Shown here in pieces: positions 17,172-26,068 of a stretch of DNA of 32,000 nucleotides. Within the stretch, counting starts at the first letter, position 1. Each line of letters opens with the position of its first letter. Position numbers and translations under genes: made by a program. The DNA comes from an uncultured archaeon (GTDB taxonomy: Archaea; Iainarchaeota; Iainarchaeia; Iainarchaeales; JAAZKV01): contig CAZKBG010000001.1 in assembly GCA_964551375.1 (NCBI GenBank), forward strand, positions 1-32,000, in the 5' to 3' direction. A model generated the notes under the pieces. That model saw only the letters and a list, made by a program, of their open reading frames with translations. It ran no database searches and had not been told where the DNA came from.

Positions 17172-17693
17172 TTACTCGCCTTCAAATTCCACTAATGCAA
17201 ATACTTTTCTTGGAGCTAGTTTTTCCTTTCCCTTTAATTCAGGGAGGTCAATAACAAAAGCGCATTCAAGAATCTCTGCTCCTACTTTTTCCAAGAGTTT
17301 GCATGAAGCAAGAGCGGTTCCCCCAGTTGCAATTAAATCATCCACTAAAATTACTTTATCTCCTTTAGCGAGAGCATCTTTGTGAATTTCAACAACATCC
17401 TTTCCATATTCCAGTTCATATTCTTCCCTAATAACTTCAGCTGGAAGTTTTCCTTTCTTTCTAATTGGAATAAATCCTATTCCAAGCTTGTGCGCAAGGG
17501 CAGCGCCTAAAATAAAACCCCTGCTTTCAATTCCAACAACATAACTAATCTTCTGATTTTTGTACCGTTCAAATAATTCATTAACAACATGATTAAACCC
17601 ATGAGCATCACGCAAAAGAGTGGTGATATCTCTAAACATTATTCCTTTTTTTGGAAAATCAGGAATTGCTCTTATTTTTGACTTAATATCCAT
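17172..17693 (-). CDS. apt: Adenine phosphoribosyltransferase
   Basis: [66 protein letters not shown]. Confidence 0.96.
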   Translation of the reverse strand: MDIKSKIRAIPDFPKKGIMFRDITTLLRDAHGFNHVVNELFERYKNQKISYVVGIESRGFILGAALAHKLGIGFIPIRKKGKLPAEVIREEYELEYGKDVVEIHKDALAKGDKVILVDDLIATGGTALASCKLLEKVGAEILECAFVIDLPELKGKEKLAPRKVFALVEFEGE

Positions 17694-17757
17694 AAAACAC
17701 CACTAATATCAAACGTCAAAATCCTTTTTATTAGTAATATTGGAGTCAAAGAGTTTT

Positions 17758-18432
17758 ATGTTCGGGGAAATGATTAAATATAACGCATTAAGAAGTTCTG
17801 TAAGTGAAATTATGCCTCAAAACCAGCCCAATAGATTTGGAAACAAAGCGCAAAGAGACGCATTTCGTTCAAATCTTGTGAGGCGAAATACTCAACGGCA
17901 TGAACTTTTAACTGAAATACTTGATAAAGAAAGAAAACACTGGCAGAAGCGTCCAGAGCTTCCTGGAAAGCCCCATGTTGGAGTTGCAGGAATAAGAAGC
18001 ATGCAGGCAAAGGAACTTTCCCACGATCATGAAAGGGCAATTGAAATATGGAGAAATTTAAGAGAGCGAAGACTTAAATTTGAAGAAATCTGGCACGAAT
18101 TTGAAATGCAACTTGGGCACGGCTCCGCAAATGTAATTCGCGGACTTTTAGAATTATCCTATAATCCGGCAAACCAGCTTCCAATGAATTTCAAAGACGG
18201 ATTGCAAAAAGTTTTTGGATTAAGCAAAATGGCAAGGCATGTAACTCACAGCTGGGAAACAAACAGAGCTCTGCTTGCAAAAAATCCTGCAAAATTTCGC
18301 GAGCAGATGGAATATGCATTTGATGGAAATGTAGCAAAACACAGAGGCGCAATTTTAGCTGAAATGAATGATCCAAGAAAACCGTTTGACCCTGAACTTG
18401 TAAAATATGTTAAGGAGCATCTTGGGAAGTGA
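17758..18432 (+). CDS. Hypothetical basic protein
   Basis: Intact ORF; track start at 17740 is TTG, ATG at 17758. Confidence 0.6.
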   Translation: MFGEMIKYNALRSSVSEIMPQNQPNRFGNKAQRDAFRSNLVRRNTQRHELLTEILDKERKHWQKRPELPGKPHVGVAGIRSMQAKELSHDHERAIEIWRNLRERRLKFEEIWHEFEMQLGHGSANVIRGLLELSYNPANQLPMNFKDGLQKVFGLSKMARHVTHSWETNRALLAKNPAKFREQMEYAFDGNVAKHRGAILAEMNDPRKPFDPELVKYVKEHLGK

Positions 18433-18437
18433 ATATT

Positions 18438-18926
18438 ATGACACGAGCAGCAAGACAAAGAACTCAAAGAAAATCAAGCGCAGCGGTTCATTACAGAAGA
18501 GTAAATGAAAGACTAATTTCTGTTGTGGATAATAGATTGAAAATGAAGCGCCCAGTGGATTTTACCGTGCTGACTCTTACAAAAGGGGGAGCTCATCCAA
18601 AAGAAATGACAATATCTTCAGTTTATGAAAGGACTCCCAAAAGAGAAGCGCACACAACTTGGGGAAAGAAAAGACCAAAAGTAATTGGCGGAATGCTCCC
18701 TCAAAAGAGCAGAACCTCTGAAAGGCTTGTGGATGAATGGAGAAGAATGGGGTTAAAAAGCGATAAAGAAATTTATGCTCACTTGTCAGTGCTTCTTGCA
18801 AGAGAAAAACCGCAAACACTTGCCAGACTTATTGGTGAAATCAGCAATCCTCAGCATACTTTCCCTGACGGGTTTAAGAGAATTATAAAAGATTTTTTTA
18901 ACGCAAAAACAGGGCGACACAAGTAA
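18438..18926 (+). CDS. Hypothetical highly basic protein
   Basis: MTRAARQRTQRKSSAAVHYRRVNERL...; ATG 6 nt after the previous stop, suggesting coupling. Confidence 0.6.
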   Translation: MTRAARQRTQRKSSAAVHYRRVNERLISVVDNRLKMKRPVDFTVLTLTKGGAHPKEMTISSVYERTPKREAHTTWGKKRPKVIGGMLPQKSRTSERLVDEWRRMGLKSDKEIYAHLSVLLAREKPQTLARLIGEISNPQHTFPDGFKRIIKDFFNAKTGRHK

Positions 18927-18962
18927 AGTTTGAATTTACTAATTTTTGACAAAAATTTAAAT

Positions 18963-19148
18963 TTAGTAATTCTTGCGCTTAGCCCTTGCTTTATTTTGCC
19001 TTCTCAAATTATTATGCATTGCCTCGCTGAGGTACTCGATTTGAGCATGATTTAAATGAAGCGCTCCGTTGCCATTGTGGGCATGAAGCTGTTTTCTTAT
19101 TGAAGGAGCTTTTTGATATTTGGGTTTTTGAAACTTAGGTCTTGCCAT
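18963..19148 (-). CDS. Small basic orphan protein (61 aa)
   Basis: MARPKFQKPKYQKAPSIRKQLHAHNGNGALHLNHAQIEYLSEAMHNNLRRQNKARAKRKNY. Confidence 0.5.
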   Translation of the reverse strand: MARPKFQKPKYQKAPSIRKQLHAHNGNGALHLNHAQIEYLSEAMHNNLRRQNKARAKRKNY

Positions 19149-19193
19149 AAAAACACTTTTAAAGATGTTTTGGATTTTTTGTTGTTCTGTTAA

Positions 19194-19448
19194 TTAAACT
19201 CTGGCCATTTTAGTGAAAATCTCATCCCAGCTTGGAGCTGATTTAGGAACAAATTCTTTTGAACTAACAGCTGCTCTTGAGATAGTAAGATTAATTTTTG
19301 GGAAATACGGCGAAAGAGACATCAGCACTTTTTCTGATTCATTTAACTGCTCTTTTGTTCCATACCCTGAAATAACAAGATCTTTTTTAGCTTTTCCTTT
19401 TTCGTGAAATTTTACTTCCATTTTTTCAACTTTGTTTACCACAATCAT
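19194..19448 (-). CDS. Small hypothetical protein
   Basis: ORF 19194..19466; ATG at 19448 gives MIVVNKVEKMEVKFHEKGKAKKDL.... Confidence 0.45.
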   Translation of the reverse strand: MIVVNKVEKMEVKFHEKGKAKKDLVISGYGTKEQLNESEKVLMSLSPYFPKINLTISRAAVSSKEFVPKSAPSWDEIFTKMARV

Positions 19449-19559
19449 CACACCCTCAATTTCCATTGTTTTTTGGTTAACTTTGGCAAGACCTTAAAAC
19501 AATTCGAAAGTAATGAATTAAGTGATATATAAATTAAGCTGGTGAAGTGTACTAAAAAA

Positions 19560-20297
19560 TCAGTTTTGTGAACTTAGAATCTGCCGATTTCTTTTAGCAA
19601 TCCTTTCATCTCTTTTTAGCGCTCTAATTCTGTCTCTCTCAAGCCTTGCTTTTTCAGCTTCTTTAAGCGCAAGAGGTTTTTTTATTGAATTAAGCAAAGC
19701 AGTTGCCTGGCTCATTCGGGTTTCAAGCCTTTGAGTAAAATCAATGGTGTTGTGCCGAAATTGCTCTGAAGAGCGCTCTCTTTCCCAAAAATCCCTTCCG
19801 CTTGTTAAATGATAAACAGAGCTAGTGACTTTTGAGAGGCGAATATTTGCCTGCTTTAAGTCCCTCAAAATTTTGTTGATTTTTGCAATCTTGCCTTTAG
19901 CATCAGCTTGTTTGTCAACCATTCTTTGAAGCCTTAGAAGCATATCTTCTCTTTCAAGCAAAAACCCTCCTGTTGGTTTTACTGCAAAAACCCAAGAATA
20001 TTGTGATTTATTTGTGGAAATAGTTCTAAAGATTTTATGTGAATAAGTGTTAAAATCAAGGAAAATTGGTTTGCCCAAATGTTCTCTTTCCCTTGCTTCA
20101 AAATAAAGCTGTTTAATTGTAGGGTCTTCATTTTTCAGTGATTTTAATCTTCTAGCTTCAACTTCTCTTGCAATGGTTGCCTTAATTGACTTGATTCTAA
20201 TTCTTAATGCGCGGGGAGTATTCCCAGGCATTGACTTTTTTCTCGCAAGCTTTTGCGCTTGTTTTCTATAAAGCAAATTAGCAGGATTCAAAGTCAT
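19560..20297 (-). CDS. Hypothetical basic coiled/helical protein
   Basis: 245-aa intact ORF, Arg/Lys-rich, no recognised domain. Confidence 0.6.
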   Translation of the reverse strand: MTLNPANLLYRKQAQKLARKKSMPGNTPRALRIRIKSIKATIAREVEARRLKSLKNEDPTIKQLYFEAREREHLGKPIFLDFNTYSHKIFRTISTNKSQYSWVFAVKPTGGFLLEREDMLLRLQRMVDKQADAKGKIAKINKILRDLKQANIRLSKVTSSVYHLTSGRDFWERERSSEQFRHNTIDFTQRLETRMSQATALLNSIKKPLALKEAEKARLERDRIRALKRDERIAKRNRQILSSQN

Positions 20298-20327
20298 CGC
20301 CTTAAACTAGTAAATTTATTACATTAT

Positions 20328-20891
20328 TTATTTTTTTTGTTTCTTTTCAAGCAGTTTTTCTCTTTCAAGCATCAATTGATGCGGAGAAGGCATTTTTGGA
20401 AGCTGGGGCTGTTCATGCTCTTTTAGAAGCTCTCCTGGGACGCTCGTTTTTCCAACAAGCGCAAGTTCAATCTCGCTCAGCGTTGAATTTGGCTTTAATT
20501 TTGGTCTTTGTTTTGGGGGAAGTTTATTCCAAACCGCTTTAATCATCATTAATCTTTCTCTTGGATTAGTAAAAGCATGAAGCCTTCCGCTCTCAAGCAG
20601 CTCCTTATATTTTAGCGCAGGATGTTTTGCATTCCCGAGCTCAATAATAACAGAACCAGCTGAATCCATAATTTTCACAGCGTGGGGAAGCCAAGCCTGC
20701 TGTCTAGTTAATGGCTCAGTTCTTGGCTTTATTTTAAGATTAAACTCTCCCTGCATCATCCGCTTTTCTTTAGGGGGCAGAGTAAGCCTTGAAGTTTTTG
20801 GAGTGGAATGCATTTCAAACTCCATCTGAGGACTGGGCGCTTTTACAGTCATCATCCCGTCACGCTGGGTAAAACGCTTTCTTCTTGGCAT
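20328..20891 (-). CDS. Hypothetical basic protein
   Basis: ORF 20328..20978; likely start MPRRKRFTQRDG at 20891. Confidence 0.6.
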   Translation of the reverse strand: MPRRKRFTQRDGMMTVKAPSPQMEFEMHSTPKTSRLTLPPKEKRMMQGEFNLKIKPRTEPLTRQQAWLPHAVKIMDSAGSVIIELGNAKHPALKYKELLESGRLHAFTNPRERLMMIKAVWNKLPPKQRPKLKPNSTLSEIELALVGKTSVPGELLKEHEQPQLPKMPSPHQLMLEREKLLEKKQKK

Positions 20892-21000
20892 AAAATAATT
20901 TCCGCTTTGAATGAATAAAATACTATGGTTGGAGGTTAAAGAATAAGAAAAATTAGAAAAGGGACTTTTTGAAAACAAAAAGCCCTTCTTTGTTAGAAAC

Positions 21001-21366
21001 TTATTTTTTTAGTTCCTTTGCAATTCTTTTTGAAGCATCATTAAAGCTGAATGTATCTCCAAGCTTCTTTGCAATCATTGCAGTTCTTAGCATGAATCCA
21101 AAGAACAAAAATACTAGAATCATTCCAGGTAGTTGTCTTGTGAAAATATCTTGTATTACAATGATGTTTGCTTCTGTTAAAAAAGTCCATAATGCATAAG
21201 GAAAACCGCAGACAAGCACGGTTAAGAAAAGCCATGTTAAAAGCTGTTTTAACTGTCCTTTTGAAAGGTTTTTCTGAGCATTAAAAATCAAAACTGATGA
21301 AGCAAGCCCCATAAGAGTCAAAATCAAGGCAAATATTGATTGAATTGTTAAATCCAATTTAAACAC
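21001..21366 (-). CDS. Small multi-pass membrane protein
   Basis: Three hydrophobic segments; start overlaps the upstream gene's stop by 8 nt. Confidence 0.7.
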   Translation of the reverse strand: MFKLDLTIQSIFALILTLMGLASSVLIFNAQKNLSKGQLKQLLTWLFLTVLVCGFPYALWTFLTEANIIVIQDIFTRQLPGMILVFLFFGFMLRTAMIAKKLGDTFSFNDASKRIAKELKK

Positions 21367-21934
21367 CTCCTTTCTTTTTTGAAAAATTAATCACATTATC
21401 CGCGAATAAAACAATTTTTTGGAAAGCATCGCTTTTAGTATCGCTTGTTAAGGAAAGAATCAATCCGTTAACATTCCACTCCCTCATTCTGCCCGCGAGG
21501 AAGTGAGTGAATTTAACCACGCTTTCAGGCTTGTTGTAAATTAAAAGAGTTGTTATTGAATCAAAGAAAATAAACTTCTCCTTTGAAGGAAGCGAGTTCA
21601 TTGCCTCGCTTATTGCAATGCTCAAATCAGTAAGATTTTCAGGGTTTGGAATGTACAGGCAGTTTGAATCTTTTTTTGGCTCTGTTACGTGGGTGGATGA
21701 AGCGGTTATTCCATCAATGAAAATAAATAATTTTGAGTTAATCTTCTCACTGTCAAAATTTGTTTTAATCGCCGAGTAAGGCTTATTTAGAGTAACATAA
21801 ACACCCGGAATTTTCTTTTCATTTGCAAAATACTTCATCAACTTTAAAGTGACTTTATTATATTCTTCAGCATCAGCAACAACAACTGAAACTGCCCTGT
21901 TTTTGAAAGAGGATTTTAGATTAATGTTTTCCAT
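21359..21934 (-). CDS. KaiC/RecA-fold-like protein lacking a Walker A motif
   Basis: KFIFFDSITTLLIYNKPESVVKFTHFLAGRMREWNVNGLILSLTSD resembles a KaiC-like Walker B region (DSxxxLLxY..); N-term has AVSVVVADAEEYNKVTLKLMKYF with no GxxxxGKT. Confidence 0.6.
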   Translation of the reverse strand: MENINLKSSFKNRAVSVVVADAEEYNKVTLKLMKYFANEKKIPGVYVTLNKPYSAIKTNFDSEKINSKLFIFIDGITASSTHVTEPKKDSNCLYIPNPENLTDLSIAISEAMNSLPSKEKFIFFDSITTLLIYNKPESVVKFTHFLAGRMREWNVNGLILSLTSDTKSDAFQKIVLFADNVINFSKKKGGV

Positions 21935-22058
21935 GTGTATACAAGCATTTTACTGGTATATATCCTTTTTTCATAGCAAAAACATGCCCTAAAAAAAGCA
22001 AGTATATTGGTACTTTGTCTTGGATAAGCTTAAATGATACTTTTAATGAATATTATAT

Positions 22059-22856
22059 ATGCAACACAATCCGAGGCAAAAAGGAAAATTTGTTTCAGTC
22101 AGCTCGACATTAACTTCGGTTAGAAAGGAGCATATTGCTCTTGCCGCAAAAGCCAGAGAAGCAAGGCTTAAAGAAATTCAAAGACAAAAAGAGCTTGGTG
22201 AAAAAACAGGCAAAAAGGAAAAATCTCCTTTTAGAGTTTTTGAAGCAGGTCCTGGCGCAAATCCAAGAGGGTTACTACATTCTGCAAGAAAGTCGGTTTT
22301 GAAAGGAAAAAACAGAGAGTTTGACGCGGCGGATCCTGAAATATCCCGTCCTGATTATCTGGCTCCAAGGAGAATGAGCCTAAGAAGACTCAACTGGGTT
22401 CCAAAAAATCTAAAGCTTGAAAGAAAATCAGCAATTGACGCGCTGAAAGCAAAACCTGACAATCATTATCACATAATTTTTGGAAGCTACTTTTTGAATA
22501 ATATTACCGCGCGAGAACTGGGCGCGTTTATTGAGACAGCTGTTGCAAAACTTCGCCCGGGAGGGAGAATGATATTTATCCAGTCAATAAGACAAGTGGG
22601 ATCAATTGAAAGCTTTGCAAAAGCAAGAGGACTGGCTGTGAGCCATAGAAGGCTTACTGACGCAGAGGCTGAAAGAGGGCCAAGATATGTTGCGCTGAGA
22701 TCAAATCCAAGCGGGAGAGAAAGGTATCTTACTCTTCCTTCAAATCACCCCCACATAGTTGAAGGGATGATGAAAAAGTACGGCGTGACAAAAAGAGATG
22801 AACTTGAAAGGCCCACTCTTATGATTATGAAGAAAAAAAGAGCAAAATCTGCTTGA
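22059..22856 (+). CDS. SAM-methyltransferase-like protein (possibly degenerate)
   Basis: FRVFEAGPGANPRGLL, YHIIFGSYFLNNITARELGAFIETAVAKLRPGGRMIFIQS resemble class I methyltransferase strands 1, 4 and 5. The track start codon at 22059 is ATG. Confidence 0.5.
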   Translation: MQHNPRQKGKFVSVSSTLTSVRKEHIALAAKAREARLKEIQRQKELGEKTGKKEKSPFRVFEAGPGANPRGLLHSARKSVLKGKNREFDAADPEISRPDYLAPRRMSLRRLNWVPKNLKLERKSAIDALKAKPDNHYHIIFGSYFLNNITARELGAFIETAVAKLRPGGRMIFIQSIRQVGSIESFAKARGLAVSHRRLTDAEAERGPRYVALRSNPSGRERYLTLPSNHPHIVEGMMKKYGVTKRDELERPTLMIMKKKRAKSA

Positions 22857-23009
22857 TTTGTTTTTGAACTTATTGCCAAAGCCCCTCAAATTTCATTTTT
22901 AACAAAATCCCCTAGCCCTTCCAATCATTTTAAAAGAACATTTTGACACAAATGAGGCTGAGGGACCAGATTGCTATTTGCGGACTGAGATCTCTTAGGT
23001 TGTGGGAAA

Positions 23010-23186
23010 ATGAATTACTTCTGCCCGAAGTGTTATGGGACAAAATTTTATACAGTAAAGCTTGCCCAACAAGGTGAAGATTATGTCTGTACCCAAAATC
23101 CCCAACATGTGTTTGTAATTGATGCGTCTGGATTTCCAAGGACAAAACAAACAGCTTCAATTAACCAGACAGTTAATTTAGTTTAA
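23010..23186 (+). CDS. Small zinc-ribbon-like protein (58 aa)
   Basis: MNYFCPKCYGTKFYTVKLAQQGEDYVCTQNPQHVFVIDASGFPRTKQTASINQTVNLV; CPKC plus CTQNPQH possible metal ligands. Absent from the ORF track. Confidence 0.6.
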   Translation: MNYFCPKCYGTKFYTVKLAQQGEDYVCTQNPQHVFVIDASGFPRTKQTASINQTVNLV

Positions 23187-23292
23187 GCAAAAGCTTTGAA
23201 TTAAAATAGTTGGATTTTTTGACTTTAAAGTCCCAACTACAAACTTCTTTTTCAACCGTGAAGTTTAATAATAGCAAAAGATTATTACTAGC

Positions 23293-23823
23293 GTGAAATC
23301 AAAGAAAACAAAACCAGCAAAACAAAATATTTCCAAAATGATTGGATATTCAAAAGAGCTTACTCTGTTCTTATTTTCAGTTGGAATTTGTCTGCTTGCC
23401 GGAGCGGTTGGCTCAACTTTTACGATTAAATATATTCCAACTTGGTATGCTGGCTTAGCAAAGCCTTTCTTTGCACCTCCAAATTGGCTTTTTGGGCCTG
23501 CATGGACAACGCTTTACATACTAATGGGAATTGCGTTATTCTTGATTTTGCTTAAGTGGACTGGGAAAGCAAGCGAGAAAAAAGCAGTTGGATTTTTTGG
23601 CATGCAGTTAGTCCTAAACATATTTTGGTCATTCTTATTTTTTGCGCTTCAAAATCCGCTTCTAGCTTTTATTGAAATAATAGTAATGTGGTTTGCAATA
23701 CTTGCTACAATATTGTCGTTTTACAAAATCTCAAAACCGGCGGCTTACTTACTTATCCCATATATTGCATGGGTAAGCTTTGCTTCAATTTTGAACTTAT
23801 CAATTTGGTTTTTGAATCCATGA
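23293..23823 (+). CDS. tspO: TspO/MBR family protein
   Basis: WYAGLAKPFFAPPNWLFGPAWTTLYILMGIAL, MQLVLNIFWSFLFFALQNP, PYIAWVSFASILNLSIWFLN; GTG start. Confidence 0.95.
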   Translation: MKSKKTKPAKQNISKMIGYSKELTLFLFSVGICLLAGAVGSTFTIKYIPTWYAGLAKPFFAPPNWLFGPAWTTLYILMGIALFLILLKWTGKASEKKAVGFFGMQLVLNIFWSFLFFALQNPLLAFIEIIVMWFAILATILSFYKISKPAAYLLIPYIAWVSFASILNLSIWFLNP

Positions 23824-23884
23824 CGACTTAAAAGTTGTTTTTTGGGCGGCTAACCCAAAAAAGCAATTGAGTTTAGAACTCGTT

Positions 23885-24502
23885 TTAATTTACATTAGTC
23901 ACTAAGTCCTTAGTTTCAAATCTTGTCTTTATTCTTGGGGTGTCATTTGCATATCCTATTGGGACAAGAACCGTCGGAATGTGGTTAGCTGGCAGTTTTA
24001 GGATTTTAGCAACTTCTTTTGGATCAAACCCTTCCATAGGGCATGAATCAAAGCCAAGAGACTTAGCTCCGTTTAATGCATTTCCAAGCGCAAGGTAAAC
24101 CTGCTTTTGAGTCCAGTTAAGGGCGTTTTCAGGAGTCAGGTTTTGCGCAAAGCCGTTAATCATCTCAATATATGCCTGCATTTTTTCCATGTCCTTTGTT
24201 GTCTTAACCATCATGTGTTCAAGCTTTTGGATATTTCCTCTCACATCAGTATTTGCCACAAATACTAGTAAGTGTGAGCTTGTTCCAATCTGGGGCTGAT
24301 CCCATGCTGCTTTTTGTATTTTATCCTTTGTTGCTTTATCAGTCACAATGTAAATGTGCCAAGGCTGAACGTTAAATGAAGATGCTGAGTGTCTCACCAT
24401 TTCAATAAGCTCATTAACTTTGTTCTCCGGGACTTTTTTGCCGTCAAACGACTTTACTGCGTATCTATTCATCACAATTTCTTTAAATTCCATTTTTATC
24501 AC
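23885..24502 (-). CDS. Nitroreductase family protein
   Basis: NRYAVKSFDGKKVPENKVNELIEMVRHSASSFNVQPWHIYIV, YLALGNALNGAKSLGFDSCPMEGFDP, VPIGYA. Confidence 0.93.
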   Translation of the reverse strand: MIKMEFKEIVMNRYAVKSFDGKKVPENKVNELIEMVRHSASSFNVQPWHIYIVTDKATKDKIQKAAWDQPQIGTSSHLLVFVANTDVRGNIQKLEHMMVKTTKDMEKMQAYIEMINGFAQNLTPENALNWTQKQVYLALGNALNGAKSLGFDSCPMEGFDPKEVAKILKLPANHIPTVLVPIGYANDTPRIKTRFETKDLVTNVN

Positions 24503-24670
24503 CTCTAAGAAAAAGTGTTATTTTTTGTAATTTTATTTACGAAAATATTTGTATTAGTGGGTATTTAAGCCACTATTGGTGTATTGCGCTAATTGTCAAA
24601 ATATTCACATGCGTAAAGATTAAGTGTTCTAATGGCGTTAGTAATGCGGTGATTGTCACCAGGTGAAAAA

Positions 24671-24853
24671 ATGGCTGGAAAAATTGTTGCATCAAAAAAC
24701 GGACCTTTTTTAGTGTCAGGCGAAATAACTGTTGAAGGAAGCGATGGGAAGAAAATTTGCGAAAATAGCCCCTGCAAACTGTGCAGATGCGGGCAGTCAA
24801 AGAATAAACCGTTTTGCGACATGACACACTTAAGCATTGGCTGGAAAGAATGA
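24671..24853 (+). CDS. CDGSH-type iron-sulfur domain protein
   Basis: CRCGQSKNKPFCDMTH matches CxCx2(S/T)x3PxCDx(T)H, with Met where Gly is usual. SD aggtg before ATG 24671. Confidence 0.85.
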   Translation: MAGKIVASKNGPFLVSGEITVEGSDGKKICENSPCKLCRCGQSKNKPFCDMTHLSIGWKE

Positions 24854-25090
24854 CTCTATGAGTTGTTCTTTTTTTGATTTTGAGAATTGTTTTATTTGGT
24901 ATTCTCTTTTCAAAGCATCAGAAAGCGTCAATTGCTCTTCAACATAACAAAGTTTTACTGGTCTTCTAATTCTTGTATATTTGCTCGCGCTTCCATCATT
25001 ATGCTTTGCAACCCTCTTTTCAACATCCTTTGTATATCCGCAATAAATTGAAGAATCACTGCATCTAAGCAAATAAACATAATATTTCAT
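24830..25090 (-). CDS. GIY-YIG nuclease (YhbQ/UPF0213-like)
   Basis: YYVYLLRCSDSSIYCGYTKDVEKRVAKHN...LSDALKREYQIKQFSKSKKEQLI. Confidence 0.92.
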   Translation of the reverse strand: MKYYVYLLRCSDSSIYCGYTKDVEKRVAKHNDGSASKYTRIRRPVKLCYVEEQLTLSDALKREYQIKQFSKSKKEQLIESFFPANA

Positions 25091-25157
25091 GCATTTTCTC
25101 TCCAGCTACAATTAAGGCGAGTAAAGTATTAAGTATTAGTGTTTGAGTAATTTTATT

Positions 25158-25949
25158 ATGCCAAGAAGAACTGTGAAAGTAATTTCCCACGGGGACGGAA
25201 TTCGGGTAAAAAAAGCTGTTGATTTGGCTCTAAGAAGCGGAAGGGCAAACAGAGCTCATTTGGAAATTACTGCGATTGAAAAAGTCGCAACAGAGCATGA
25301 AGCTTATCTTCGCTCAAAAGGCGCAACACACCCTCCTAATCTAAAAGTACTTTCAAGAACAAATTCAGTTGATCACTTGCGAACACTTGCTGATAATTCA
25401 ATTCACCACCAATGGGCTCACTTTATGCCCTCAGCGCTTGATTTTTACACAAGACGAGAATTCTTCAAACAAGTTCATAGAACACTTGCTCCAGGGAAAA
25501 GCTTTGTAGTAATAGAATCAGGGCTGGCGGGGCTTGAATTTGCAAGAGAACTCTCAAAAGCCGGATTCAAAGTTGATTTTAGAAGAATAACTGAGCATGA
25601 AGTAATGAAAATGAATTTAGAAGACTCTGCAAGATACGTTCATGATGTTCAAGAGCAAAGACAAGTGGTGTACCGTGTGCTCGCAGAACACTTAGTCAAG
25701 ACGATGGGTTATGAAAAAGGGATGGAAAGCTTTCGAAGAGAAATGCAAAACCCTGATAAGATAAAAGTTCCAAAACAAGCAATGAGCGAAATGAAAAAAG
25801 CATTTGTTTTAATGAGGCTAAGAAATGAAACAAAAGTGACTCCTGAAGTTAGAGCTTCAATAGAAAGAATGTCTGAAGACCTTTCAAAAGCAATGCTTGA
25901 TAGAAAACCTTACGCAAAACTAGTGGCGTATAAGATAGTTAAAAAATAA
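25158..25949 (+). CDS. Methyltransferase-like orphan protein
   Basis: HFMPSALDFYTRREFFKQVHRTLAPGKSFVVIESGLAGLEFARELSKAGFKVDFRRITEHEV resembles the C-terminal half of a class I methyltransferase. Likely start MPRRTVKV at 25158. Confidence 0.5.
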   Translation: MPRRTVKVISHGDGIRVKKAVDLALRSGRANRAHLEITAIEKVATEHEAYLRSKGATHPPNLKVLSRTNSVDHLRTLADNSIHHQWAHFMPSALDFYTRREFFKQVHRTLAPGKSFVVIESGLAGLEFARELSKAGFKVDFRRITEHEVMKMNLEDSARYVHDVQEQRQVVYRVLAEHLVKTMGYEKGMESFRREMQNPDKIKVPKQAMSEMKKAFVLMRLRNETKVTPEVRASIERMSEDLSKAMLDRKPYAKLVAYKIVKK

Positions 25950-26068
25950 ATTTAAAGATATTCAATTCTTGATTAGGAATTTTATTGAAAATTTGGACTT
26001 TTTTTAGAAAAAGAAATTCATAAGCCCCTAAAAGGGGCTTACTTAATATTGTTTAATCTTTCTTAGTT

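Noticed and set aside
24573-24837. Minus-strand ORFs opposite the CDGSH gene
   Set aside because: Their apparent Cys content comes from antisense of the CDGSH coding region; the CDGSH frame has a clear motif and SD.
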